Below, piece by piece: positions 1 through 9,254 of a stretch of 64,000 nt of DNA (position 1 is the first letter of the stretch; each line of letters starts with the position of its first letter). The notes beneath the pieces are model-generated. The model saw only the letters and a list, made by a program, of their open reading frames with translations, was not told the DNA's origin and ran no database searches. Origin of the DNA: Acidobacteriota bacterium (GTDB taxonomy: Bacteria; Acidobacteriota; UBA890; WLXD01); NCBI GenBank assembly GCA_963666215.2, contig CAXWPL010000004.1:64001-128000 (forward strand). Reading direction: 5' to 3'. The position numbers were made by a program, and so were the translations under genes.

Positions 1-2
1 TC

Positions 3-209
3 ATCATCTGCGGCACGGTGGCCAACATCTGCGTCCAGTACACCGCGGCGTCGGCCGCGATCCGCTGGTACAAAGTCGTCCTCCCCATCGACTGCACGTC
101 GGCGCTGAACGAATTCGACATGCAGGCGGCAATCCGTAGCATCGCGTTTCTGTTCGGCGGGGTGATCACCACGGGTGGGGCGATTCGGGTAGCCGACTCG
201 GGGGATTGA
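3..209 (+). CDS. Cysteine hydrolase (isochorismatase/nicotinamidase family), 5' partial
   Basis: IICGTVANICVQYTAASA...VVLPIDCTS matches the family's catalytic GxxxxxCV motif; frame open from the window edge. Confidence 0.8.
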   Translation: MICGTVANICVQYTAASAAIRWYKVVLPIDCTSALNEFDMQAAIRSIAFLFGGVITTGGAIRVADSGD

Positions 210-250
210 CGAAGCTCGATCTGTGGGCTCCTTTTCGAGGACTTACACCC

Positions 251-276
251 GCGCGGGGAGGAGACACGGTTCTCCC
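251..276. repeat. REP-like hairpin repeat, copy 1
   Basis: 19-mer GCGCGGGGAGGAGACACGG identical to 23133-23151, followed by TTCTCCC closing a stem; intergenic between convergent genes. Confidence 0.5.
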
Positions 277-442
277 GGAGGAGGGTGGCCGGGGGGAGGT
301 CGCGCGCGAGCAAGCTAGGCGCTGTCAGGTCGCGAACGTAGGCGAGCAGCGCGACCACCCCCCAGCCACCCCCCTCAGCGGACGACATCTGTCGCCGCCT
401 CCGCCGCCACACCCCTCGACACCCACGCTCTTCCTACCGTCC

Positions 443-682
443 CTAACCGAGACTCCGGTGCGTCCCATCACAAAACGGCGCCCCCCGAGTCCGCTTGCAC
501 TGGCAAAGCGCCACCGTACGAGTCTCTTCGATAACGAACTTCTCGGGAACGAACTCCGTGCCTCGATGGCTGCCGTCGCAGAACGGGTGCTTTTCGGAGA
601 GTCCACAACGGCACCAGGCATGCCGCCCGGGCTCGAGCTCGACGATGGCGGGACGCGTGTCGATGATCGGAGGGTCGCTCAT
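443..682 (-). CDS. CDGSH iron-sulfur (NEET) protein with two CDGSH motifs
   Basis: WCRCGLSEKHPFCDGSH and LCQCKRTRGAPFCDGTH; AGGAGAGAGG RBS before ATG at 682. Confidence 0.92.
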   Translation of the reverse strand: MSDPPIIDTRPAIVELEPGRHAWCRCGLSEKHPFCDGSHRGTEFVPEKFVIEETRTVALCQCKRTRGAPFCDGTHRSLG

Positions 683-765
683 GGCCTCTCTCCTGGCTCG
701 GTGGAGGCGCGCTTGCGCCGTCGATAACAGTCTGCCGGACCTCGTCTTGTCGTCGGCAGCCACGC

Positions 766-1764
766 TCAGATGAACATGCGGGCGCGATCGGTGATCGCGG
801 CACGGACGTTGTCGAGCGCGCGATGCGCGGCCGCCTCGCCTGCCGCAATCGCCTCGTGCGGTTGCGAATAGTCGCTCCAGTGGCGAGCCCGGCCGCGGGC
901 GCTAATGATGACATCGGCGCGGCGCAGCTGTTCCCTCTCGAGCGCCAGTAGGCTGATCTCGCTCGAGCGCATGGCGATCTCGACGCCGTTGTCGAGCGCA
1001 CCGCAATCGATGCGGGTCATGCTGACGTCGACTGCGATCACGACGTTGGCACCGAGCGTTTGTGTTGCGTCGATGGGAACGGGGCTCGTGTAGCCGCCAT
1101 CGACCAACTTGCGCCCGCCCATCACAACGGGCGGGAAAACGCCGGCGACGGCCGAGGACGCGGCAACGGCGTGGGCGAGCGGTCCGCGGGTGATGATGGC
1201 CTCGCATCCGCGCTCGAGGTCCACCGCAACGGCGGCGAAAGGAATGCGCACGTCGTCGAAGGTGCGCTCCTCGAAGAGGCCACGGAATACCTGCAGCACG
1301 CGCTCTCCCTTCAGAACCGACTCGCGCGAAAGCGCCGCGTGCGAGGCGTAAAGACGTCGGAACATCGATTGAGCCCGCGCCAGCAGGCCCTGTTGTGCTC
1401 CGGCCCGCTGGGACGCCTCCGACCCGGAGGCCTGCGAAAGATCCAGCGGGTCGTCCTCGACCGAGGCCCTCCCCATCGCCTGCAGCACGCGCTGCAGGTT
1501 GAGCTCTCCCATCTCGGGCGACTCGAGCATCTCGAGCACACGGCGCTCGACCTCGCCGGCGTCCACCAGGGCGGCGTACAAGCCACCGACAACCGCGCCA
1601 ACGCTGGTACCGGCGATCAGATGGATGGGTACCCGCTCGCGCTCCAGCACCTTGAGCACGCCAATCTGCGCCAGTCCGCGACCACCACCCCCCGAAAGGG
1701 CCAACCCCACGCGAACATGAGGCGAGATCTCGCCCGCGGGCGACGCCGGCTCTGTGAGTTTCAT
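766..1764 (-). CDS. Patatin-like phospholipase (RssA family)
   Basis: LSGGGGRG, GTSVG nucleophile and DGG motifs; ATGA overlap with the nrfD-like stop. Confidence 0.9.
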   Translation of the reverse strand: MKLTEPASPAGEISPHVRVGLALSGGGGRGLAQIGVLKVLERERVPIHLIAGTSVGAVVGGLYAALVDAGEVERRVLEMLESPEMGELNLQRVLQAMGRASVEDDPLDLSQASGSEASQRAGAQQGLLARAQSMFRRLYASHAALSRESVLKGERVLQVFRGLFEERTFDDVRIPFAAVAVDLERGCEAIITRGPLAHAVAASSAVAGVFPPVVMGGRKLVDGGYTSPVPIDATQTLGANVVIAVDVSMTRIDCGALDNGVEIAMRSSEISLLALEREQLRRADVIISARGRARHWSDYSQPHEAIAAGEAAAHRALDNVRAAITDRARMFI

Positions 1765-2801
1765 GATCGTTTCTCCCAGACGCGCTGCCACTCGAAAGTG
1801 GCCCGCGGATCTTTCGCCGACTCGCGGCCCGCAGCTACCCAGGCGAAGCGCGAAAGCACGGATCCCGTGACGAAGAAAACCGCCGCGGCCAACCGAAGTA
1901 TCGGCGGCTGCCCGACCGCGCGAAGCGCCAGCGCGAGCGGCCCGGTGAGCACGCCCGCAACTCGGATCTGCAACCCCGAGGAGCCGTCGCGCAGAGGCTT
2001 GGTCCAGGCGTGCGTATGCATCTCCATCCACAGCAGCAGCAGCGTCTCGGCAAACGCCACCAACAGTCCAACTCGATTCAACGCGAGATCATGGTACCCG
2101 AGCAACTCGAGCACGGCCGCGGCGGAACCGGGGCTGGACAGGCCAAAATGGACCGGCAGCAGGGCACGGTGCGAGGCCCACACGGGTATCACGGTGGCCG
2201 CCAGCAGCACGCCGGTGTAGGTGGCCAGCATCAATCCAGCCAGGCCAGAACCGGCGATCACGAGTCGGTCGAGACGTCCCACCCATTCCGCGTCCGCCGC
2301 ATCGGCCATACCCCCAAGCAGCACCGCGACGCCAACCAGCGCGCCGAATACGGTGAGCAACCAGGCGCCGATCGACATCGGCGAGCTCAACTTGACGATG
2401 CGCAGCATGTAGAGAAATCGCGATGGTCGACCGAGGTCAGAAACCAGCAGCGCGCCAGAGAGCACCGCGCCCACCAGTGCCACGACTCGCGCCGTCCATC
2501 CGATTCCGATTCCGACTCCGATCGACGAGGTGACCGACCCTTCAACCGACGTGCTGGAGGTCCAGGCAACCGCCGCCGCGATCGCCGCCGCCATGCCTGC
2601 GATACCACCCACGGCAAAGTAAGTAGGCACTTCCCAGGTCCAGACCGGCGCCTTGACGACCGGCTGGCCGTAGTAGCCGTCCGTCACGCTCGGCCGCGAC
2701 TCCGGCGGTGTGTGCGATTCGCCCGAGCCCTCCGAAGCCTGCCGACGGAGCTCGAGCAGGCGTGCCTCGCTGGCGGCGTCGGGTTTGCGCTCTCGGCTCA
2801 T
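1761..2801 (-). CDS. NrfD/PsrC family membrane anchor of formate dehydrogenase
   Basis: YYGQPVVKAPVWTWEVPTYF, DLGRPSRF, SPMSIGAW; multiple TM segments; operon context. Confidence 0.88.
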   Translation of the reverse strand: MSRERKPDAASEARLLELRRQASEGSGESHTPPESRPSVTDGYYGQPVVKAPVWTWEVPTYFAVGGIAGMAAAIAAAVAWTSSTSVEGSVTSSIGVGIGIGWTARVVALVGAVLSGALLVSDLGRPSRFLYMLRIVKLSSPMSIGAWLLTVFGALVGVAVLLGGMADAADAEWVGRLDRLVIAGSGLAGLMLATYTGVLLAATVIPVWASHRALLPVHFGLSSPGSAAAVLELLGYHDLALNRVGLLVAFAETLLLLWMEMHTHAWTKPLRDGSSGLQIRVAGVLTGPLALALRAVGQPPILRLAAAVFFVTGSVLSRFAWVAAGRESAKDPRATFEWQRVWEKRS

Positions 2802-2810
2802 TCGCCCCCC

Positions 2811-3629
2811 CTAGCCGACGGCGAAGGCACCGAGGAGCACAATCCCCAGGGCCGCTGCGGTCAGTAGCGCCGAAGTCCAGGCGACTTTCAGATGCATGCT
2901 CGGCACAATCGGGTTGGGCGGCAGCCCAAAGGGCTCAGGCCGGTCGACGAGCAACGAGAAGGCGTTGGTGTGTCCGACGCTCGTTCCCTCGCCGGTCTCC
3001 AAGCGAGCCTCCGGCACGCCTCGGGCATGGAGCAGCTCCACGCGACGGTCGGCTTGCTCGCGCAGCACGTCGTAGGGTCCGAAGCGGATCGCGTCGGTAG
3101 GACAGGCCTTGGCGCAGGCGGGGATCTCGCCGACAACCTGACGGTCGTAGCAGAAGGTGCACTTGAAGGCTCGGCCATCGTCTGGACGCCGATCGATCAC
3201 GCCAAACGGGCAGCCAACCACGCAGTAGCCGCAGCCGTTGCACACGTCGGGCTGCACGAAGACGGTGTTGAACTCGGTGCGCACAATCGCCCCGGTGGGA
3301 CACAGCTCCATGCAGCCGGCGTGCTCGCAGTGCTTGCACACGTCCGAAAGGAACACCCAGCGGAACGGGTGCTCCGGATCGGTCAGCTGACCGCCGAGCG
3401 GTTGGTTCTGCTCGACGAACTTCACGTGCCGATAGCTGGAGTGGCCGAGCCCCTGGCCGTGGTCGTAGGAGCGTCCGCGCCAACGCATGTTGATCTCGTT
3501 GGTCGCGGGGATCAGGTTCCACTCCTTGCATGCCACCTCACAGGCTTTGCAGCCGATGCAGGTGGTGACGTCGGTGAAGAAGGCACTCGTCCTGCCAGGC
3601 TCGGGCAGTAGCTGGCCGTCGATGCTCAT
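2811..3629 (-). CDS. Formate dehydrogenase iron-sulfur (beta) subunit
   Basis: Four Cys clusters (CIGCKACEVAC, CKHCEHAGC..CP, CNGCGYCVVGCP, CTFC..C..CP) and a C-terminal TM helix. Confidence 0.92.
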   Translation of the reverse strand: MSIDGQLLPEPGRTSAFFTDVTTCIGCKACEVACKEWNLIPATNEINMRWRGRSYDHGQGLGHSSYRHVKFVEQNQPLGGQLTDPEHPFRWVFLSDVCKHCEHAGCMELCPTGAIVRTEFNTVFVQPDVCNGCGYCVVGCPFGVIDRRPDDGRAFKCTFCYDRQVVGEIPACAKACPTDAIRFGPYDVLREQADRRVELLHARGVPEARLETGEGTSVGHTNAFSLLVDRPEPFGLPPNPIVPSMHLKVAWTSALLTAAALGIVLLGAFAVG

Positions 3630-6600
3630 CCGCGTTCGCCGGGCTCATGCGACGCACCCGAGTCGAGCCCGGGTCGAAGCACAGGGGCGCCGCGGGGAAG
3701 TCGCCCGGGCTCGAGGTTGCAGAGCAGAGCTTTCGACTCGTGGATCGACACGTTGGGCTCGCCGAGAAGAGGGATCAAGTCGTTGGCGCTATCGCCCGTC
3801 ACGAGCCCTCGCCGCCCCCAGTGGAACGGCATGGCGACCTGATGAATCGTTCGAAAGTGCGAAGCGACGGAATCGCTGGTCGTGGCCGATTGGATGGAAT
3901 AGGACGGGTCGGCCGGATCAGGGCGAGGCGAATCGGACGGAGTGGCGGGATCGACCGGACCGATCGTACCGGCGACCCTCAGCTGCGTATCGATCCGCAG
4001 CGGTCGGATTCGACGGGTGACGAGAGCCCGCGCCTCGATCGCACCTCGCGGCGTCCGCACAACCACCCAATCGCTGTGACTCACGCCCACCTCCTCGGCC
4101 AGCTCGGGCGAGATCTCGCAGAACATCTCGGGTTGCAACTCGGCGAGACGCGAAAGCCAGCGCGACATCCCGCCGGCGGTGTGATGCTCGGTCAACCGAT
4201 ACGTTGTCAAAGCGTACGGATAGGCGGGGTCGCCGCTCGTGATGAGCGGGTTGTCGGGCCGCTCGAAACGCTCGGCGGCCGGGTTCGCCGCCTGCCCTGG
4301 GTACAACAGGTTACCCGTGGGCGACTCCACAGGCTCGTAGTGCGTCGGCAGCGGGCCGTCTTTGAGACCGATCGGCGCGAACAGCCAGGCCACACCGTCT
4401 GGCTGCATCAGGAAGGGTGACGTGCCCGCATGACCATCAAGACCGCTGAGGCCGTCCAGACCCTCTGGAGCCGGCCGTGCGGCCCCTGCCGCGATGTCGC
4501 TCTTTGCTGAGACTCCCGAGGCTCGGGGCCGTCCCGGTCGATAGTGAGGCGACTTGTCGACCGGAAAGTCGGGCGTATCGAACCCCCTCCAGCGCGCCTC
4601 GGCGGGGTCCCACCAAATCAGCTTCTTGCGCTCACTCCACGGCCGCCCCTCGGGGTCGGCGGAGGCGCGGTTGTACAGAATGCGACGATCGGCGGGCCAC
4701 GTGAATCCCCAACCGTGGCCGTAGCGGCCCTTCGGCTTCCTTTCGGCCGCACGGTTGCGGCCTTTCGACGGATAGACACCCGAGTAGATCCAGCAGCCGC
4801 AAGCAGTCGAGCCGTCGCCTCGCAGCTCGCTGAATCCAGCCACCGGGGCGCCATCACCGAATCGATAGCCGTTGATCTCTATGACGACCTGCTCGATCTT
4901 CGGCTCCAGGTACGCGCCTTCGAGCTCGTAGTCCCACGTCAGGGCCAACAGAGGCGCGTCCGCGCCTGTTGCGGCTTCGGCATTGGCCTTGGCCTCGGCT
5001 CTCGCTCGCGCCCGCAAGCGTCGCCCCAAGTGGACGATAAACCAGGCCTCGCTGCGGGCGTCGCCCGGTGGGTCAACGGCCTTTTCGCGCCACTGCAGCA
5101 GGCGCTGCGTGTTGGTGAAGGTCCCCTCCTTTTCGGCGTGGCCGGCTGCCGGCATGAGGAAGACCTCGGTACCGATCTCCCGGGTCCGCAGCTCACCGCG
5201 CTCGATTTCCGGGCTGTCGTACCAGAAGGCAGCCGTTTCGGTTTCGACGAGGTCGCGAACCACCAACCAGTCGAGCTGGGCCAGCGCCCGGCGCTCGAGG
5301 CGGCTGTTCTGACCGCCCACCGCCGGGTTCTGTCCCATGATGAACATGCCCTCCATCTTGTTGTCGGCCATGTCGCAGAAGGTCGGGAAGTGCGAGTGGT
5401 CACCGCAGATGCGCGGCAACAGCCCGAAGCCCCAGTCGTTGTCGGCGCGGGCGGCATCGCCGTACCAGGCGCGCAGCAGGCTGACCATGTAGGTCTCGGT
5501 GTGGGCCCACCATCCCAGGCGGTTGCCGTGACGTGAGACGTACGCGGCCAAAGTGTCGTCACCTTCGTGGCTCAACGCTTCGGGCATCTTCAGGTAGCCC
5601 GGGAGGATGTCGTACAGCGTCGGGATATCGGTGGAGCCCTGGATCGACGCGTGCCCACGCAACGCCATGATCCCGCCCCCGGGGCGGCCGATATTGCCGA
5701 GCAGTAGCTGCAAGATCGCGGCGGATCGAATGACCTGCACGCCCTTCGTGTGCTGCGTCCAGCCGAGCGCGTAACAGATCGCCGTCGTTCGCTCGCGTCC
5801 CGAGTTGTCGCACAGCTCCTGGGCGATACGGTGGAACGTCTTCTGGGGAACGCCGCAGGCACGCTCCACCATCTCGGGCGTGTAGCGCGCGAAATGGCGC
5901 CGCAGGATCTGGAAGACGCAGTTGTGGTGCCGAAGACTGGGATCACGCGCGCCGCTGCCGCCGGCTACCGCGCGATCTCGGGGGCTGCCGACGTCGGCAC
6001 CGTTATTCGAAAGGATCGGGTTCTTCTGGGACGTGGGGTCGTTCTGGGAACTCGCGTCCTTCGCAACCACGGGCTCGTTGGGGGAGTGCGGAGCCGGAGC
6101 ACCAGCGTCGTAGAACCAGCTTGCCGGGTCGTAGCTCTTGCTCGCCGGATCCCAGCCGGAGAACAGTCCGTCGAGCTGTTCCGTATCGACGTAGCCGCGT
6201 CCGACAATCGCCGCGGCGTTGGTGTAGTTGACCACGTAGTCGCGGAAATAGCGCTCGTGCTCGAGCACGTAGCGAATCAGGCCGCCGAGAAAGACGATGT
6301 CGGTGCCGACGCGCAGCGGAGCCCAGATGTCGGCCATCGCCGACGTGCGCGAAAAGCGCGGATCGACGTGAATGATCGTCGCACCGCGCTCCTTGGCCCG
6401 CATCACCCAGCGGAACCCCACCGGGTGAGCCTCGGCCATCGAGGAGCCCTGGATCAGCACACAGTCGGCGTGCTCGAGGTCCATCAAGGAGCTAGTGGCT
6501 CCGCCGCGCCCCAGCGTAGTGCCCAGACCGGGCACGGTGGAGGAGTGTCATGTTCGGGCTTGATTCGAGACGGCGACCATCCCGAGCCCGCCGGTGAACA

Positions 6601-7120
6601 GCTTCTTGATGAGGTAGTTCTCTTCGTTGTCGAGCGTGGCGCCGCCGAGGTGCCCCATCGCGGTCGTGTGGTTGAGATAACGACCGTCGCGGCTCTTGAC
6701 CAGGCTGCGCCTTCGCGTTGCCCATACGCGATCGGCAATCATGTCCATCGCCTGCTCGAGCGGGATCTCCTCCCACTCTGTGGCGCGGGCGGCACGGTAC
6801 TTCACCCGCGTTTCGCGGCCCGGATGCGTGAGCAGCTCGTACGAGGCAGCTCCTTTGGGGCACAGCGCTCCAGCGGAAATCGGCGACTCGGGGTCGCCCT
6901 CGATCGAGATCAACTCGTTGTCGCGCGAGCGCACCAGTTGGCCGCAGCCTACGGCGCAGTAGGGGCAAACGGAGCGGCTGACCTTCGTGCCCTGGAGGCG
7001 CGAGCCCAGGTTCCGCGTACGCTCGCTGAACGCCTCGGGGCCGGTGCCGTTGCCGCCGTCGAGCAGCTGGCGCAGCAACGGCCAGCGTCGCAAGCTCCCG
7101 GAAAGAGTCCGATCAGCCAC
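3626..7120 (-). CDS. Formate dehydrogenase alpha subunit, selenocysteine-containing (UGA at 6548-6550)
   Basis: ORFs 6548..7147 and 3626..6535 are in frame and join as SNQART-U-HSSTVPGLG; CPYCAVGC Fe-S motif, ALRGHASIQG; start approximate (GTG 7120 or 7147). Confidence 0.93.
6519..6535 (-). promoter_or_regulatory. Putative bacterial SECIS of fdh alpha
   Basis: GTGCCC-GGTCT-GGGCAC hairpin 12 nt 3' of the in-frame UGA. Confidence 0.7.
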
Positions 7121-7180
7121 GGCGGACCGCCGAAGTCGGGCCGGCACGTCGACTCTCGAGCTGCACAGCGTTGGCGATGG

Positions 7181-8053
7181 TCAAGACATACGTTCCTCAC
7201 CCGCGTACACCACCAGACGCCGGCCGCGGACGAAGCCGGCAAGCGCCATATTACTTTCACGAGCGAGCTGCACGGCCAGGCTGGATGCGGCCGACACGCC
7301 AGCGAGCACGGGGATCCTCGCCACCAGCGCCTTCTGGACGATCTCGAACGACGTCCGTCCCGACACGATCAACAGGTGATCGTGCAAACCCCGCCACGTG
7401 TCGTCCGCAAGCAAAGCATGGCCGATGACTTTATCGACGGCGTTGTGCCGACCAACGTCTTCGCGCAGCACGCGCAGGCTGCCGTCGAGACCGAAGAGCG
7501 CGGCCGCGTGGAGTCCGCCTGTCTCTTGGAACACCGGTTGCTCGGCGCTCAGGCGGTCCGCAGCCTCGAGCAGGACGGTATGCGGGATCCGACTGATCCT
7601 TCGACAGCCCTCCGCGTCGTCCGCCGAGCCGAACCCATCGGGCAGTGGATCGGCGTGCTGTTGAATCGCCTCGATACTCGCCTTGCCGCAGATACCGCAC
7701 GACGAGGCCGCATAGAAATTGCGCTGCCAGCCGGCCGCAGGCTCCTCGCCGTCCACCAGCTCGACCTCGACCAGGTTCTCGCCGTTGAGGCTCAGCTCGT
7801 CGGCGTCGCCACAGTGCGAGATCGTACCGATTTGACCCGGCGCAACAATGCCCTCCGTAAACAGGAAGCCAGCGACAAGCTCGGCATCGTGCCCGGGCGT
7901 ACGCATGACCACAGCAACCGCCTCACCCTGCAAACGGATCTCACAGGGCTCCTCGACGGCAAGGCGGTCGTCGTTTGCGGTGCGTTGCCCGTCGCGCCAC
8001 TCGAGTACCCGTGCCGCCAGCGAGCGAGGCGTAGATCCTCGAGCATCGTTCAC
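7181..8053 (-). CDS. fdhD: Formate dehydrogenase accessory sulfurtransferase FdhD
   Basis: MRTPGHD.EL..GFL, SSCGICG, TGGLHAA, REDVGRHNAVDK. Confidence 0.95.
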   Translation of the reverse strand: MNDARGSTPRSLAARVLEWRDGQRTANDDRLAVEEPCEIRLQGEAVAVVMRTPGHDAELVAGFLFTEGIVAPGQIGTISHCGDADELSLNGENLVEVELVDGEEPAAGWQRNFYAASSCGICGKASIEAIQQHADPLPDGFGSADDAEGCRRISRIPHTVLLEAADRLSAEQPVFQETGGLHAAALFGLDGSLRVLREDVGRHNAVDKVIGHALLADDTWRGLHDHLLIVSGRTSFEIVQKALVARIPVLAGVSAASSLAVQLARESNMALAGFVRGRRLVVYAGEERMS

Positions 8054-9252
8054 GGCGCGGAGGGTGCGGGCCTACCCGTGGCAACCACGGCTTCGATGTC
8101 CGCGAGCAGCTCCTCGGCGGTCCAGGTGTTGCCAACGTGGATCTTCGCGACGAGCCCGGCACGGTCGACGATAACGATCCGTAGCGAGTGTGCAAACTCG
8201 CCGCGCTCGGGGACGAACCGCAGGCCCACGAGCTGAGTGAGCTCACGCAGCTCGTTCAGGGTCGTGGTGGCGAATCGCCAGCGGTCGAACGGCTGGTCGC
8301 CATCCGCTAGGTAGCGCAACCCGTACTCGCGTAGCACTGCCGGGGTGTCGTTGTCGACATCGATGGTGATCGACAGCAGCTGCGTGCCGGCGCCGTACGT
8401 CTCTGGCTGCCTGCCGATAGCCTCGTGCGCTGCGGCCAGTCGCTGCGACATGCGCGGACAGAAGTCGGGCAGCGGGCAGCGTGTGTAGATGAAGGAAAAC
8501 ACCAGCACCTCGCCACGGTAGTCCTCGAGCCTGAGCCCGTTCTCGTCTTGATCGATGAGCCCGATCGCTGGCAAGGCTGTGCCGGGCTCGGCAATCGGCA
8601 CGGTCTCTACGACGCGATTCTCGGCTGGGCGCCAAACAACGGCGTTCGCGAGCCGGCTGCTGCCGGGTTCGGTGTTCGCGACCGCGCCCACCTGGCCACC
8701 GTCAGTGTCACCGCCGTCGCCGGTCGAGAGCTCCTCGTCCGGCGCCGCGGGAACCACCAGCTCGGCGCGAAGCCGCGCACCCGGCGCCGCCGTCTCGAGT
8801 AGCCAGTCGCCCCGAGCACCCACACCGAAGTCCATCGTCATGGCCGGCATGAGGCCCTCGATCGGCTCGTGCGCCAGCGTGATCAATCGGCGCTCCGCGT
8901 CCACGGCAACAACTTCGCCTTCAATCGGGAAACGAGACTCCTGCCCGGCGACCGTCAGATCGACAAGGTCAGAGCCGCCCTCTGCGGAGTCTGAGCTCGG
9001 AGCACCAGCGGAGTCGACCGCATCGGGTGCGGTTCTACACGCCACGGAGCCGAGTACGGGAAACGCCAGCACTAGCGCCAGCACCGCCGCCGAGACCGAC
9101 GCCGGAGCCGGGGTCGAGGCCGAGGTCGGAGCCGGGGTCGAGGCCGAGGTCGGAGCCGGGGCCGGAGCCGAGGTCGGGGCAGGGGCAGGGGCAGGGGCAG
9201 GGGCAGGGGCAGGGGCAGGGGTAGGATCTTGTTCCACGGACGGGGTCAGCAT
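8050..9252 (-). CDS. SCO family copper chaperone lipoprotein with N-terminal CusF-like copper-binding domain
   Basis: ITLAHEPIEGLMPAMTMDF (CusF-like), FIYTRCPLPDFCP and a conserved His (SCO); lipobox-like SVAC. Confidence 0.85.
   Translation of the reverse strand: MLTPSVEQDPTPAPAPAPAPAPAPAPTSAPAPAPTSASTPAPTSASTPAPASVSAAVLALVLAFPVLGSVACRTAPDAVDSAGAPSSDSAEGGSDLVDLTVAGQESRFPIEGEVVAVDAERRLITLAHEPIEGLMPAMTMDFGVGARGDWLLETAAPGARLRAELVVPAAPDEELSTGDGGDTDGGQVGAVANTEPGSSRLANAVVWRPAENRVVETVPIAEPGTALPAIGLIDQDENGLRLEDYRGEVLVFSFIYTRCPLPDFCPRMSQRLAAAHEAIGRQPETYGAGTQLLSITIDVDNDTPAVLREYGLRYLADGDQPFDRWRFATTTLNELRELTQLVGLRFVPERGEFAHSLRIVIVDRAGLVAKIHVGNTWTAEELLADIEAVVATGRPAPSAP
9102..9220. repeat. Tandem repeats encoding a Pro/Ala/Thr/Ser linker
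   Basis: (GGGGCA)x7 at 9176-9217 plus imperfect 24-bp units. Confidence 0.85.
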
Positions 9253-9254
9253 GC

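Noticed and set aside
5750-8236. 828-aa plus-strand ORF
   Set aside because: Antisense shadow of fdh/fdhD, typical of high-GC DNA; no motifs
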